Assembly (NCBI GenBank): GCA_963785305.1
Contig: CAWAUV010000004.1
Coordinates: 192,001-256,000 of the forward strand
From: an uncultured Planctomycetaceae bacterium
GTDB taxonomy: Bacteria; Planctomycetota; Planctomycetia; Pirellulales; PALSA-1355
DNA length: 64,000 nucleotides
Direction of reading: 5' to 3'
Shown: positions 43,108-55,342 of the stretch, piece by piece
How the letters are laid out: every line of letters begins with the position of its first letter
How positions within the stretch are numbered: position 1 is the first letter of the stretch
Notes under the pieces: generated by a model
What the model was told of the DNA's origin: nothing
The model's database searches: none
What the model saw: only the letters and a program-made list of their open reading frames with translations
Position numbers and translations under genes: made by a program

Positions 43108-44301
43108 CTACTCGCCTTGCAAAAAGGCTTCAATCCGGTCGAAGCCGGCCTGCAAGGTTTCGAGTCGGGTGGCGAATGAAATTCGCGCGTACCCCTCGGC
43201 GCCGAAGGCCGAGCCCATGACCGTGGCCACGCCGTGGCGCTCGAGCAGCGAGAGGCACCATTCGCTCGAGGTCTTGATCCGCCGGCCGTGGTATGCGCGG
43301 CCCAAATGCGCTTTGATGTTCATGAATGCGTAGAACGCGCCGCCCATTTCAGGGCAACTGCAATCGGGCAATTGCCGAATGCGATCACGCACGAATTCGC
43401 GCCGCACCGCGAATTCCGAGAGCATTTCCGCCACGCATTCTTGCGGGCCATTGAGCGCCGCCACCGCGGCATGCTGGCTGATGCTCGAGGGGTTCGAGGT
43501 TTCCTGGCTTTGCAAGTCGGCCATCGCCGTCGCGACATTGGGGCTCGAAAGCGTCCAGCCGATTCGCCAGCCGGTCATGGCATAGGCCTTGCTCACGCCG
43601 TTGACCACCACGGTGCATTCTTGCAGCCCCGGGCGCACCGTGGGAAAGCTCACGAAGCGTCCTTCATAGACGAGCCGCTCGTAGATTTCGTCGGACACCA
43701 CCAGCAGATTTCGCTCGAGCACGATATCGGCCAGCCGGCCAAGTTCGTCGGGCGAATACATGGCGCCGGTCGGATTCGACGGCGAGCACAATATGAGCAT
43801 GGTCGTGCGCGGCGTGATCGCGGCGCGAAACTGCTCGGGCGTGAGTTTGAAATTGTCGGCCTCTTGCGTTTCGACGATCACCGGCTTGGCGCCGGTCAGC
43901 CGCACCAGTTCGGCATAGCTCACCCAGTAGGGCGCCGGAATAATCACTTCATCGCCCGGATTGCAAAGCGCCGTGAAGACATTGTGCAGGGAGTGTTTGG
44001 CGCCGTTGGACACCACGACTTGGCCGGGCGAGTATTGCAGGTCGTGCATCGCGGCATAACGGCTCACGATGGCCGTCTTGAGTTCGGGAATTCCGCTGGC
44101 CACGGTGTAATGCGTTTGGCCGGCCTCGATCGCGTCGACCGCGGCTTGGCATATATGCGGCGGCGTGTTGAAGTCCGGCTCGCCCACGCTGAAGTCATAG
44201 ACTTTGCGCCCGGCCATTTTCAATTCCCGAGCCTTGGCGGCCATTGCCAAGGTGGCCGAAGGTTCCAACTGCTGGACAATGCGAGAAATCGTGGGCGGCA
44301 T
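43108..44301 (-). CDS. PLP-dependent class I/II (aspartate) aminotransferase
   Basis: VGEPDF, SPSNPTG, SDEIYE, SKAYAMTGWRIG. Confidence 0.93.
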   Translation of the reverse strand: MPPTISRIVQQLEPSATLAMAAKARELKMAGRKVYDFSVGEPDFNTPPHICQAAVDAIEAGQTHYTVASGIPELKTAIVSRYAAMHDLQYSPGQVVVSNGAKHSLHNVFTALCNPGDEVIIPAPYWVSYAELVRLTGAKPVIVETQEADNFKLTPEQFRAAITPRTTMLILCSPSNPTGAMYSPDELGRLADIVLERNLLVVSDEIYERLVYEGRFVSFPTVRPGLQECTVVVNGVSKAYAMTGWRIGWTLSSPNVATAMADLQSQETSNPSSISQHAAVAALNGPQECVAEMLSEFAVRREFVRDRIRQLPDCSCPEMGGAFYAFMNIKAHLGRAYHGRRIKTSSEWCLSLLERHGVATVMGSAFGAEGYARISFATRLETLQAGFDRIEAFLQGE

Positions 44302-44511
44302 GAAAAAAATCCAACTGACGAAATTACGAGAGGTAAAACCCCCGAAAAAAGCGGGACCCCGGCGTTTCAAGGTCCGGGGGCTCGGCTGCCGGCGATGCCG
44401 CAGACCATCATAATGACTCGTCCCGCGGCTTCCAAGCGGCGCAAGCGGGGGGCAGGCCCTGCGACTGGCGAGCTATTTTGCGATTTGGCGCGAGAAGCCG
44501 GAAGTCCAGGC

Positions 44512-44520
44512 TGCTATAAT
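44512..44520 (+). promoter_or_regulatory. Extended -10 element
   Basis: TGCTATAAT (TGnTATAAT) 67 bp upstream of the methyltransferase ATG. Confidence 0.55.
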
Positions 44521-44587
44521 GATCGTCTCGCTCGCCGCGATTCGCTAGACCTATTCCGTTATTCCGCGCTTTTAGGACCTGCCCGCC

Positions 44588-45640
44588 ATGCCGCTTTCGG
44601 CGCTCCAACCGCCCATTACCGATCCGACCCCCGTCTTTGAATTTTACCGGGCGAGCTATGGCTCGGAACTACTGGTCGCGGCCACGCATCACTACAAACT
44701 GTTCGAGCGCCTCGCCCCGGGGCCGCAAGCGTTTGACTCGCTCCGCGCCGAGCTCGGCCTCGCCGAGCGACCGGCGGTGGTGCTGCTCGGCGCGATGCGC
44801 GCGATGGGGCTCGTGGCCGCGGCCGCCGATGGCCGGCTCCAGTTGACCGCGATTGCCCGCGAGCATCTCACCACCAGCAGCCATTTCGATGTAAGCGATT
44901 ATCTGGGTCTTGCGGCCCAGGCGCCCGGCGTGCGCCAGATGATCGAGCGGCTGGAAAGCAACAAGCCGCTCGGCTCGCGGCCCGACGAAGAAGGCGCCGC
45001 CTTCATTTTTCGCGAGGGGCGCGAATCGGCGATGGAAAAAGAGACGCTCGCGCGGCACTTCACCTTGGCGCTGGCCGGCCGGGCCAAGAATGTCGCGCCG
45101 CTCCTGGCCGAACGGCTCGACCTCGCCGAGGCTCGGCGGCTAGTCGATGTCGGCGGCGGCTCGGGTATTTACTGCATCGCCTGTCTGCAAAAGAATCCCG
45201 CCCTGGAAGCGATCGTTTGGGATCGTCCGGAAGTGCTCAAGGTGGCGGGTGAAATGGCGGCGGCCCATGGAGTGTCCGGCCGGCTGGAGCTTCGGCCCGG
45301 CGATATGTTTGCCGACGAGCCGCCCGAGGCCGACGTGATGCTGCTCTCGAACGTGCTGCACGACTGGGATGTGCCCGAATGCCGCGCGCTGGTCAGCCGA
45401 TTGGCGGGCGTGCTGCCGACGGGCGGCCGGTTGGTCGTGCATGATGTATTTTTACACGATGATCTCGGCGGGCCGCTTGCCGTGGCGCTCTATAGCGCGG
45501 CGCTCTTTTGCTTTTGCGAAGGGCGGGCCTACAGCGCCGCGGAGTATCGGGCCTGGATGCAAGACGCGGGACTCGAACCCGGCGCGGTGGCGCCGACATT
45601 GGTGCATTGCGGAGTGCTGCAAGGCGTGAAACGGCATTGA
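44588..45640 (+). CDS. SAM-dependent O-methyltransferase (Methyltransf_2 type)
   Basis: LVDVGGGSG, PGDMF, LSNVLHDW. Confidence 0.88.
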   Translation: MPLSALQPPITDPTPVFEFYRASYGSELLVAATHHYKLFERLAPGPQAFDSLRAELGLAERPAVVLLGAMRAMGLVAAAADGRLQLTAIAREHLTTSSHFDVSDYLGLAAQAPGVRQMIERLESNKPLGSRPDEEGAAFIFREGRESAMEKETLARHFTLALAGRAKNVAPLLAERLDLAEARRLVDVGGGSGIYCIACLQKNPALEAIVWDRPEVLKVAGEMAAAHGVSGRLELRPGDMFADEPPEADVMLLSNVLHDWDVPECRALVSRLAGVLPTGGRLVVHDVFLHDDLGGPLAVALYSAALFCFCEGRAYSAAEYRAWMQDAGLEPGAVAPTLVHCGVLQGVKRH

Positions 45641-45675
45641 TCGCAATCGAACAATCGCATGGATCGAGGCGTTCG

Positions 45676-46312
45676 ATGGTGGACGATCCCTCGTTGCCCG
45701 AACGATTGGCCGCGCGACTGGCGCGGCCGCTGCCGGGCTCGCGCGCAGCGGGCGCTGCAGCCGGAATTGAGTTGCGGCCGCTATTTCTGCCCGGCGCCCG
45801 CCGACGCGCGCGAGGCCGCGATCGTGATCCTCTTGTACCGCGAACATGGGACCTGGCGGCTGCCGCTGACCTTGCGGGCCGATTCGCTCACCGACCACGC
45901 CGGCCAAATCTGCCTGCCCGGCGGTTCGCTGGAGCCCGGCGAATGCAGCTCCCACGCCGCCCTCCGTGAACTCGAGGAAGAGTTGGGCGTCGACACGCGC
46001 TCGGTGGAGTTCTTGGGAGATCTCTCGCCCTTGTGGCTCTACAACTCGAACTTTCATGTGCGCTCGCATGTGGCGCTGGCCACGCATCGGTCGGAATGGC
46101 GAATTCAATCACTGGAAGTCGCGGCTCTGCTGGAAATTCCGCTTGCCGACTTGCTCGATCCCGCCGCGCGCACGACCCGCGAGCACAGCCGCCGCGGAGT
46201 GCGATATGCTTGCCCCGGTTATTTGTGGCGCGAGAGCTTCGTATGGGGCTTTACGAGCTTGGTCTTGGCCGAGTTCTTGGCGGTGTCGGCCGACGCGCTC
46301 GCGACCGACTGA
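45676..46312 (+). CDS. Nudix CoA pyrophosphatase-like protein (5' frameshift near 45745)
   Basis: LTLR..HAGQICLPGG...AALRELEEELG, VWGFT. Confidence 0.85.
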
Positions 46313-46353
46313 GTGTCCACGCCGCTTTTCTCCTCGCGTCCGTCGAACACCCA

Positions 46354-46773
46354 TCAAGGGCGATCGCGGGGCGATTCGAGCGGCGGCGCTCCGGCGCGGG
46401 CTCGCACCGCGTTCATCGCCGAAAGCACGTGCCGCCCCGAAAGCAGCCACAAGACGAGCGTCCGTTTGCCGGGCACGCTCACGAGACAGAGGCCGGCGAG
46501 AATCGCAAGCACTCCCGGCCCGGGCGCGAGGAGCATTACCACGCCCGCGGCGATCAACAGCCACCCCACCAGGTTTTTCACGATCCACCATGACCAGCGC
46601 GCCAGCGGATGCATGGCGTTGAACGAGTCGGGTTCGGTCTCGGCCGTGAAATAATCCGGCGGCAGCGAGATGGCGAACCATCTCGCCGCCCAAAGCCCGC
46701 CGAGCGAAAGGGCCAGCGACACGACCGCCCCGGCGACGAGCCAACCCGAGGCATGATTCAAAAGCGCGTGCAT
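46354..46773 (-). CDS. PGPGW-family small membrane protein
   Basis: LPPDYF, KNLVG, MLLAPGPG. Confidence 0.7.
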   Translation of the reverse strand: MHALLNHASGWLVAGAVVSLALSLGGLWAARWFAISLPPDYFTAETEPDSFNAMHPLARWSWWIVKNLVGWLLIAAGVVMLLAPGPGVLAILAGLCLVSVPGKRTLVLWLLSGRHVLSAMNAVRARAGAPPLESPRDRP

Positions 46774-46902
46774 GGGCAAGAGTCGATTCCTAAAAGACAC
46801 GCCTCGGTGGCGGGTCGCCGCGATGCCTGTTACAACGGGGGGCGGAGTTTTCAATATTCAGTGTTCGTGAGACGACGCCGTGTTTCATTTTCGGGGTTTC
46901 GC

Positions 46903-48477
46903 ATGAATCTGGCAAATGTGCTTATCGATGGGGAATGGCGCGCGGCCGACGCAAGCGGCGATTGGGGCGCCGTGAATCCCTCGACCGGCGAGACGATCGC
47001 CGGTCAGCGATATCCGGTTAGCCGCTGGTCCGACATCGAAGCCGCGCTCGCCGCCGCCGCTCGCGCGGCCGACGTAATGCGCGATCTACCGGGCGCCCAT
47101 CTAGCAAGCTTTCTCGATCATTATGCCGGCTTGATCGAAGCGGCCATCGTCGAACTTGTGGCGTGCGCCCATCACGAGACAGGTTTGCCGATGCGTCCGC
47201 GGCTGGCCGAAGTCGAGGCGCCGCGCGCGACGGCGCAGTTGCGACTCGCCTCCGCCGCCGCCCGACATTGCGCTTGGCAGATGCCCACGATCGACACCAA
47301 GCACAATATTCGCTCGTGCCTCGCGCCGCTGGGACCGGTGTGGGTGTTGGGACCGAACAATTTTCCGTTTGCCTTCAATAGCGTCGCCGGGGGGGATTTT
47401 GCCGCCGCGATTGCCGCTGGCAACCCAGTGATCGCCAAAGCCCACCCCTCGCATCCAGGCGTCACGCTTATGCTCGCCGAACTGGCGCTGGCCGCGGCGC
47501 AAGAAACCGGACTCCCGCCCGGCGCCGTGCAGTTGATTCATGGCATGAGTCCCGCGGATGGCGAGCGAGCCGTGGCCGATCGCCGAACCGGCGCCACCGC
47601 CTTCACCGGCGGACGCGCTTCCGGACTCAAGCTCAAACACGCCGCCGACGCCGCCGGCAAGCTGATCTATCTCGAAATGTCGAGCATCAATCCGGTGGTG
47701 ATCCTGCCGGGCGCCCTGGAAGAACGGCTTGACGCCGTGGTCGACGAATTCGTCACGAGCAGCTTGATGGGCTGCGGACAGTTTTGCACCAATCCGGGAC
47801 TTGTGCTGCTCGTGGAAAACGCGGCCAGCGAGGCGTTTATTCGCCAAGTCGCGGCCCGTTTCGAATCGGCGCCCGCGGGCGTGTTGCTCTCGAAAGCAGT
47901 CGGCGAGCACCTGGATACGAGCATCGGCGCGCTGACCAAGGCCGGCGCCAAAGTCCTGGCGGGGGCCAGTCGACGGGCCCGGTTATCGGCGCGCCGATAC
48001 CCTGCTGCGGGCGACCGGGGCCCAATTTCTCGCTCGGCCCGGTGAATTCCAAACGGAAGCGTTTGGCCCGGTGGCGCTCATGGTCGTGGCCGCCGATGTC
48101 GAGGAACTGGCGGCGGTCGTCGCTCAATTGGAAGGCAATCTCACCGGCTCGATCTATTCGCATACCTCCGGGGCCGATGACCGCGAATATGAACGGGTGG
48201 CCGCGCCGCTGCGTGGCGCGTGGGACGGCTGCTCAACGATAAAATGCCGACCGGAGTGGCCGTGAGCCCGGCGATGCAGCACGGCGGGCCCTATCCGGCC
48301 TCGGGGCATCCCGGCTTCACGGCGGTGGGCATTCCAGCCTCGCTCCGCAGATTCGCGGCGCTCGAATGCTACGACAATGTGCGCGACGGCCGCCTGCCGC
48401 TGCTGCTGCAAAACGGCAATCCGCTGGGCGCCTCGCGCATGATCGATGGGAATTGGACCACGGCTCAATTATTCTAG
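46903..48477 (+). CDS. NADP+-dependent aldehyde (2-ketoglutarate semialdehyde) dehydrogenase (frameshifts near 47975 and 48215)
   Basis: GPNNFPFAF, KAHPSHP, EMSSINP, GQFCTNPG, PTGVAVSPAMQHGGPYPA. Confidence 0.88.
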
Positions 48478-48548
48478 ACGGTTTGGGGCTCCGCGGAGCC
48501 GATCTGTTTTCGACTTTGCTTTTCGACCTCTTGGCTTGCGGCGGCGCG

Positions 48549-49280
48549 ATGCGGTTGTTGAGTTACAACATTCATAAGGGAATCGGGGGTCGCGATCGGC
48601 GCTACCGGCTCGATCGGATTCTCGATGTGATCGAACACGAGAACCCGGATATCGTGTGCCTCCAAGAGGTCGACCACAATGTGCGCCGCTCGCATTTTCA
48701 CAATCAGCCGAAGCTGTTCGTGGAGCATTTCCGGCCCGCGGCGCACTTGAGCCAGACGAATGTGCGCGTGAAGCAGGGCGGCTATGGCAACCTGCTCTTT
48801 TCGCGTTGGCCGTTTTTGAGCCGGCATCAAATCTCGCTTCGACTGGGGCGCCGCAAGCCGCGCGGGCGCAGATCGCGGTGATTGATTCACCCGAGGGGCC
48901 GTTTTGCGTGGCCCACTGGCACTTGGGCCTCGCCGAAAAAGAGCGCCACTGGCAGACTCGGCATCTGCTCGAACATGCGCTGTTCAAGGAATCGAGCCAC
49001 TTGCCGACACTCGTGGTGGGCGACTCGAACGATTGGCGAAACACGCTCACGAAAGCCTGCTTCGTCGAGCGCAAGTTTCGCCAAGTCACGGCGCCGATTT
49101 CGAGGTTTCGCACCTTTCCGGCTTGGTTCCCGATCGGCTCGCTCGACAAGGCGTTTGTCAACGAGGGCGTGTATCTCCGTTCGGCGCGTGTCGCACACTT
49201 GGCTCGCCCGCCGCGCGTCGGATCATCTGCCGTTGATTCTCGATTTTCATCTGAGCGAGGCCTCGCTCGGCGCACCGTGA
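48549..49280 (+). CDS. Endonuclease/exonuclease/phosphatase-family protein (two frameshifts)
   Basis: LSYNIHKG, CLQEVD, HLGL, GDSNDW, LD, ASDHLP. Confidence 0.85.
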
Positions 49281-49409
49281 CCGCCGCCCGAAGATGGACT
49301 TTCCGGAACCCCTCGTCGACGGACCACCAAAGGGTTGTTCTTTTTCGTTCGATCACAAGAATTCTTCGCTTGCCGCCCAAACTACATCCCCGAAGGCAAG
49401 GACTCCGCG

Positions 49410-49900
49410 CCATGTCTCCCCTCGGATCGAGTTTTCGGGAGGGACAGGGGTTGCATGAGTCGTTGTCGGAAACGGTGCGGCGGCGTTAGGCGGCCTTCGG
49501 AGTGAAGAAACTCGGGCACGGCGGCATGCATTATATCTGCAAGCTGTTTCGCCGCGATCCCGAGACGATTCGGCAACGCGCGCAAGACATCAAACAGCTT
49601 CCCGCGAACGGAGCGGCCAGCCGCGTCGGAAAAAAAGGGGACCGAAAGAAAGCTAGCATCGCGATGCCAGCACTCGTGCCGACCATCGAAAAGGTGATGG
49701 CGCTCGAAACGGCCGTGCGCACCGGTCGACGACGGCCTCCGCGGGACCTCGGAATCTGCCCCGAAAAGATCCATCACGTGCTTCGCGAAGGCGTGAGCCT
49801 TTCGCGGAGGCATGCGATCCGATGATCGGCAGGTCGCGCTATTCGCACGGCATTATCCGCTGCGCGACGAACGGTTCGAGCACATCGCCGCGCTTCGACC
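49410..49900 (+). pseudogene. ISAzo13-family transposase remnant
   Basis: SLSETVRRR*..KLGHGG..I..L.RRDPETIR..RVGKKG.RKK and RDERFEHI resemble the ISAzo13 N-terminus; in-frame TAG; no DDE core seen. Confidence 0.65.
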
Positions 49901-49987
49901 CCCTTCGCCCAAGCGCGGAAGGATTCTTCCGGCCGCGGTCAGGAGGACCAGCGAGCAATCGACGCGCCACGCCTTCCGCGCCACGCC

Positions 49988-50028
49988 CTCCGCCACTCCG
50001 CCGCCACTCCGCCGCCACTCCGCCGCCA
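49988..50028 (+). repeat. 11-bp tandem repeat CTCCGCCGCCA x3 plus a partial unit
   Basis: Read directly from the sequence. Confidence 0.85.
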
Positions 50029-50042
50029 ACGCTGGATCTGGG

Positions 50043-50072
50043 TTGACAGCACTTCGCGGGTCCGCGTAGTAT
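50043..50072 (+). promoter_or_regulatory. Sigma70-like promoter for the transketolase pair
   Basis: TTGACA-N18-TAGTAT. Confidence 0.55.
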
Positions 50073-50163
50073 CCCGCCGCCGCGGAGCAGTTCGGCGCCG
50101 GCATGCGCGCTGGCCGCGGGAGGCTTCGCTTTTTCGACAATTACCCGCTCGAGAACCGCTCGC

Positions 50164-50997
50164 ATGCTTTCGCCATCCCAAAAGCCCGCTCGCTTTGATT
50201 GCCGCAGTCTTCGCGAGACCGTGCTCGACATGGCCTACCATGGCCAAACGGTGCATATCGCCTGCGCGTTTTCGTTGATCGAGACGATCGCGGTGCTGTA
50301 CCGCAATCATCTGCGCTATCCGAACCACGACTGCCGCCATCCGGAGCGAGATTACCTCGTGCTCAGCAAAGGCCACGGGGTGATGGCCCAGTATGCGTGC
50401 ATGCACGAGCTCGGCTGGCTTTCGCGAGAAGAGATCGGCCGCTACTTTCAAGATGGCACTCGGCTCAAGGGCCTTTCCGATGCCCATGTGCCGGGCCTCG
50501 AAGTTACCAGCGGCTCGCTGGGTCATGGACTGAGCGTGGGCGTGGGGCTCGCGATCGCGGCCAAGCGTCGAGGGACCGACCAGCGGGTTTACGCGATCGT
50601 GGGCGATGGCGAGATCAATGAAGGCGCCATTTGGGAAGCCGTGATGCTGGCGACCCATTGCCAGCTCGACAATCTCACGGTGATCGTCGACGCCAACGGC
50701 TTTCAGGCCATGGGCGCCACCGACGAAGTGATTTGCCTGGGCGACATCGCCGCGAAGTTCGCCGCGTTTGGCTGCCAGACGCGCAACGTCGATGGCCACG
50801 ACGAAACCGCGCTCGACGCCGCGCTTCGCGAGCTCGCCGCGCTACCGCGCGCTTGTCCGCGGGCACTGGTCGCCAAGACCGTCAAGGGACATGGCGTGTC
50901 GTTCATGGCGGACGACAACCGGTGGCACTATACCCGACTCACGGCCCAAACCCATGCCGCGGCCGTCGCTGAATTAACATCGAGGAAAGCCGCATGA
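50164..50997 (+). CDS. Split transketolase, N-terminal (ThDP-binding) subunit
   Basis: LSKGH, GSLGHGL, GDGEINEG, KTVKGHG. Confidence 0.9.
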   Translation: MLSPSQKPARFDCRSLRETVLDMAYHGQTVHIACAFSLIETIAVLYRNHLRYPNHDCRHPERDYLVLSKGHGVMAQYACMHELGWLSREEIGRYFQDGTRLKGLSDAHVPGLEVTSGSLGHGLSVGVGLAIAAKRRGTDQRVYAIVGDGEINEGAIWEAVMLATHCQLDNLTVIVDANGFQAMGATDEVICLGDIAAKFAAFGCQTRNVDGHDETALDAALRELAALPRACPRALVAKTVKGHGVSFMADDNRWHYTRLTAQTHAAAVAELTSRKAA

Positions 50998-52011
50998 GAG
51001 CCGCATTTTCCGATTGCTTGGTCGCCGCCGCCCGCCGCGATTCGCGGGTGATGCTTTTGACGGGCGACCATGGCTATGCGCTGTTCGACAGCCTTCGCCG
51101 CGAGTGTCCCGCGCATTATTTCAATGCCGGCATCGCCGAGCAAAACATGGTGGGCGTGGCGGCCGGCATGGCCAAGGCCGGCTTGCGGCCGATCTGCTAC
51201 GGCCTGAGCGCATTCGTGCCGATTCGCGTGCTGGAACAGATCAAGCTCGATGTGTGCTATGAAAACCTGCCGGTGATCTTCATCGGCGACGGGGCGGGCG
51301 TCGTGTACAGCAGCCTGGGAACAAGCCATCAGAGCACCGAGGACATCGCCGCCTTGCGCAGTGCCGAACATGACAATCCTTTCGCCGGCCGATGCCCATG
51401 AGCTCACGGCTTGCATGGAACTAGCTTTTGCCCTGGAGAGCCCGGTGTATTTGCGCATGGGCAAAGCCGACCTGGGCGCGGTGCATGACCAGCCGCCGCG
51501 GGTCAAGGTCGGCCAATTGCTGGAAATTCGCCGCGAGGAGCAATCCGGGAAGGAATCGCGCCCCACGAAACGTCTCACGACCGAGCGGCCCCTCACCTTC
51601 ATTGCCACCGGGTCGATGGTCACCACGGCCTTGAGCGTGGCGGAATCGTGGCCGACGAGCGTCGTCTGGAGTGCCCCGTGCATCAAGCCGCTCGACGCCG
51701 AGCAAGTGACCGCGATCTGCCGAGCAAGCGAATCGGTCGTGGTGCTCGAGGAGCATTCCGTGCATGGCGGCCTCGGCTCGGCCGTGGCGGAAATCGCCGC
51801 CGAATCCGCCGCCGGTCGCGTGCTGCGCGTCGGCATCCAAGACCGCTTCTCCGCCTATTGCGGCAGCTATGAGTATCTGATGCGCGAGCACGAGCTCACG
51901 GCCCAACACATCTCCCAAAAAATCGCGACCCACCTGGCGGCGACTTCGGGCCGCGAGCAGCAGGCGAAATGGCAGACGCCAACGCCGAGCCGCAACCGCT
52001 CGGCGGCTTGA
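50994..52011 (+). CDS. Split transketolase, C-terminal subunit (frameshift near 51358)
   Basis: GIAEQNMVG, EQIKLD, YLRMGK, IKPLD, EEH..GGLGS; ATGA overlap with the N-terminal subunit gene. Confidence 0.88.
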
Positions 52012-52067
52012 TTGGTGGCGCATGTCGAAGCCCAGCGCGCGGGCCGACGGTCAAAAGACGGTCTTCG

Positions 52068-53537
52068 TCATCGGCTCCAGCGATAAGTCGCTCCGGCTGG
52101 ACCGATTGCTTCGATTTCACTCTGATGGCGGCGATCATTGATCGCGGTCGACTTACCCAATTGCAACGCCGCGAGTTCACGACTGACGCCGAATCGCTCG
52201 GTGAGGCGACCAATGGCGGGCGGAACATCTTGCGAATCGAGGTATTCCGCCTCAGCCAGCTTGCGCGGACAGAGAAATTCCGCGGCGAAAGCGTTGGCTC
52301 GTTGCTCAACCGATTTATCCATGGCGCCACGGGTAACCGCTGAGAGCGGCAGCGCCGTCAGGCGGTCGATCAACAAATGGCAAATCTCGTGAGCCAAGGT
52401 CGCTCGCAATGCGCCTTGATTAGCACGATGCTTCTCGGAATCGTTATAGACAATGTGTGGTTGGCTGCCATGTGCCCAGAAGGCGACGGCGTCGAGTGAA
52501 GGAGTCTCGAAGTCGGTTTTTTCGACAATTACATCCCACTCCGAAAGCACGTCGTTCGGTTCGACTCGAGCTTCCGCGTCGGCGAACTGCTTTCGAAGCC
52601 AGTTCGCCACCAAGGCGCCTTGTTGATAAGGCCGAAGAGCGAGGGGCCCGTTTTCCTCGAGAAGTCGCAGCACGGCATGCGTCTTTTCGTCGAGCTTCGC
52701 CGATGCCGTTTTGTTTACTGCCCGCGCGCGTTGCACGAGAAGCTGAAGTTTGGCGGGCGGCAAAACGCCTTTACAACGGTAGGTCAGGTCGAAGCATACA
52801 TTATGCTCGAGCCCGGTGCTTCCGGAATCGTTGAAGAACTGGTCAAACGATTCTTCTCCACACGCCGTGCGCAAATACTCATCCGGCAGGCCGGTGGCGA
52901 TTTTCGCCGCTATCTCGACGCTTACGGATTCTCGATTGGACCATGCTCGCAGGGCGGAGGTGGACCTCGGGTCCGTTGCCGTTTTCAGCCGGGAGGCGAT
53001 TTCGTTTCCAACGTCGACAAGCACGTGCTTCACGTCGGCCTCGGGCAATTGCTCGATCCGCGAACTAAGGCCAATCTGAGCCTCGATCAGAAATCGGCCA
53101 CCGCTGCGCACAAACCACAACTCGGGTCTCAATGCGCCCGCCGAACACTCGGCGAGGTTGTGGCTCATCTTGAAGGCATAAGCGACTTCGTCTTCGGCGG
53201 CACGGCGGGATTCATCGAACCATTCCCATCGCGTTTCGAGCGCGGCGTCAAGGCCCGACGGCCGGTCGGGTCGGACATGAAAAGGATAATCTTGCTCACC
53301 GATCAGGTAGAGCCAATAATTGCCGAGGAACTCCAGCAATTCGATCCATTGCGAACGAATTCCTTTTACAACGTTCGCATGGGAGCCGCGCGTCCCCCAT
53401 ACCGGCTCGCCGCCCAATAATATCGCCAACGTCCCATGGGTGGGGCCGAATGTGGCGTCCTCCGGAGAGGACTCGCGCCACGCGAACTCGAAGCAAAGTT
53501 CCTTGCGAGACGTGGCGATTATTTTCCTCGCAGACAT
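52068..53537 (-). CDS. ImmA/IrrE-family zinc metallopeptidase with long uncharacterised N-terminus
   Basis: RATLAHEICHLL (HExxH) and EQRANAFAAEFLCP, followed by an HTH-like FGVS tail. Confidence 0.85.
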   Translation of the reverse strand: MSARKIIATSRKELCFEFAWRESSPEDATFGPTHGTLAILLGGEPVWGTRGSHANVVKGIRSQWIELLEFLGNYWLYLIGEQDYPFHVRPDRPSGLDAALETRWEWFDESRRAAEDEVAYAFKMSHNLAECSAGALRPELWFVRSGGRFLIEAQIGLSSRIEQLPEADVKHVLVDVGNEIASRLKTATDPRSTSALRAWSNRESVSVEIAAKIATGLPDEYLRTACGEESFDQFFNDSGSTGLEHNVCFDLTYRCKGVLPPAKLQLLVQRARAVNKTASAKLDEKTHAVLRLLEENGPLALRPYQQGALVANWLRKQFADAEARVEPNDVLSEWDVIVEKTDFETPSLDAVAFWAHGSQPHIVYNDSEKHRANQGALRATLAHEICHLLIDRLTALPLSAVTRGAMDKSVEQRANAFAAEFLCPRKLAEAEYLDSQDVPPAIGRLTERFGVSRELAALQLGKSTAINDRRHQSEIEAIGPAGATYRWSR

Positions 53538-53911
53538 CGGCCCACCTCGACTTCGCAATCCAATATTCGCGCCAGATCCAATATTCGTCGTTTCAATTCA
53601 TGGGGCAATTTCGCGGCACGAGTTGGATTCTCGGGAAAGCCATGATACGAAACCCCGGGCACGGTCGGAGTGGCTCGATAGAGTTGCCCATCACGGATAT
53701 TATAAATCCGCTCCGGATAAGAATGTGGCCAACGGATCGGAGAATATTCGATTCGATCGTTCGAATTCAGCAGATTCTCGGCGATCGATTCGCCGATCGT
53801 GGTCGGGCACTTGCCGATTTCCTCGCCTTGGTGGAACACGAAACCGGCTTTTTCCTGCGTCCAACCCCGCTTGTGCTTTCTGTCGGAATTTGGCTCGTAT
53901 TTCCAAGGCAT
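53519..53911 (-). CDS. 130 aa hypothetical protein, candidate toxin
   Basis: Protein-like ORF overlapping the peptidase start; RKH and SYHGFP motifs. Confidence 0.7.
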   Translation of the reverse strand: MPWKYEPNSDRKHKRGWTQEKAGFVFHQGEEIGKCPTTIGESIAENLLNSNDRIEYSPIRWPHSYPERIYNIRDGQLYRATPTVPGVSYHGFPENPTRAAKLPHELKRRILDLARILDCEVEVGRCLRGK

Positions 53912-54001
53912 GGTTCGCTTGACCGCGGCCTTATGTCATTTGACGACAATTCATCGCGGATACTTGACGCGCTCGCGCAGCAGCGATCCGAAGTCGTCGG
54001 C

Positions 54002-55331
<1,330 letters not shown>

Positions 55332-55342
<11 letters not shown>

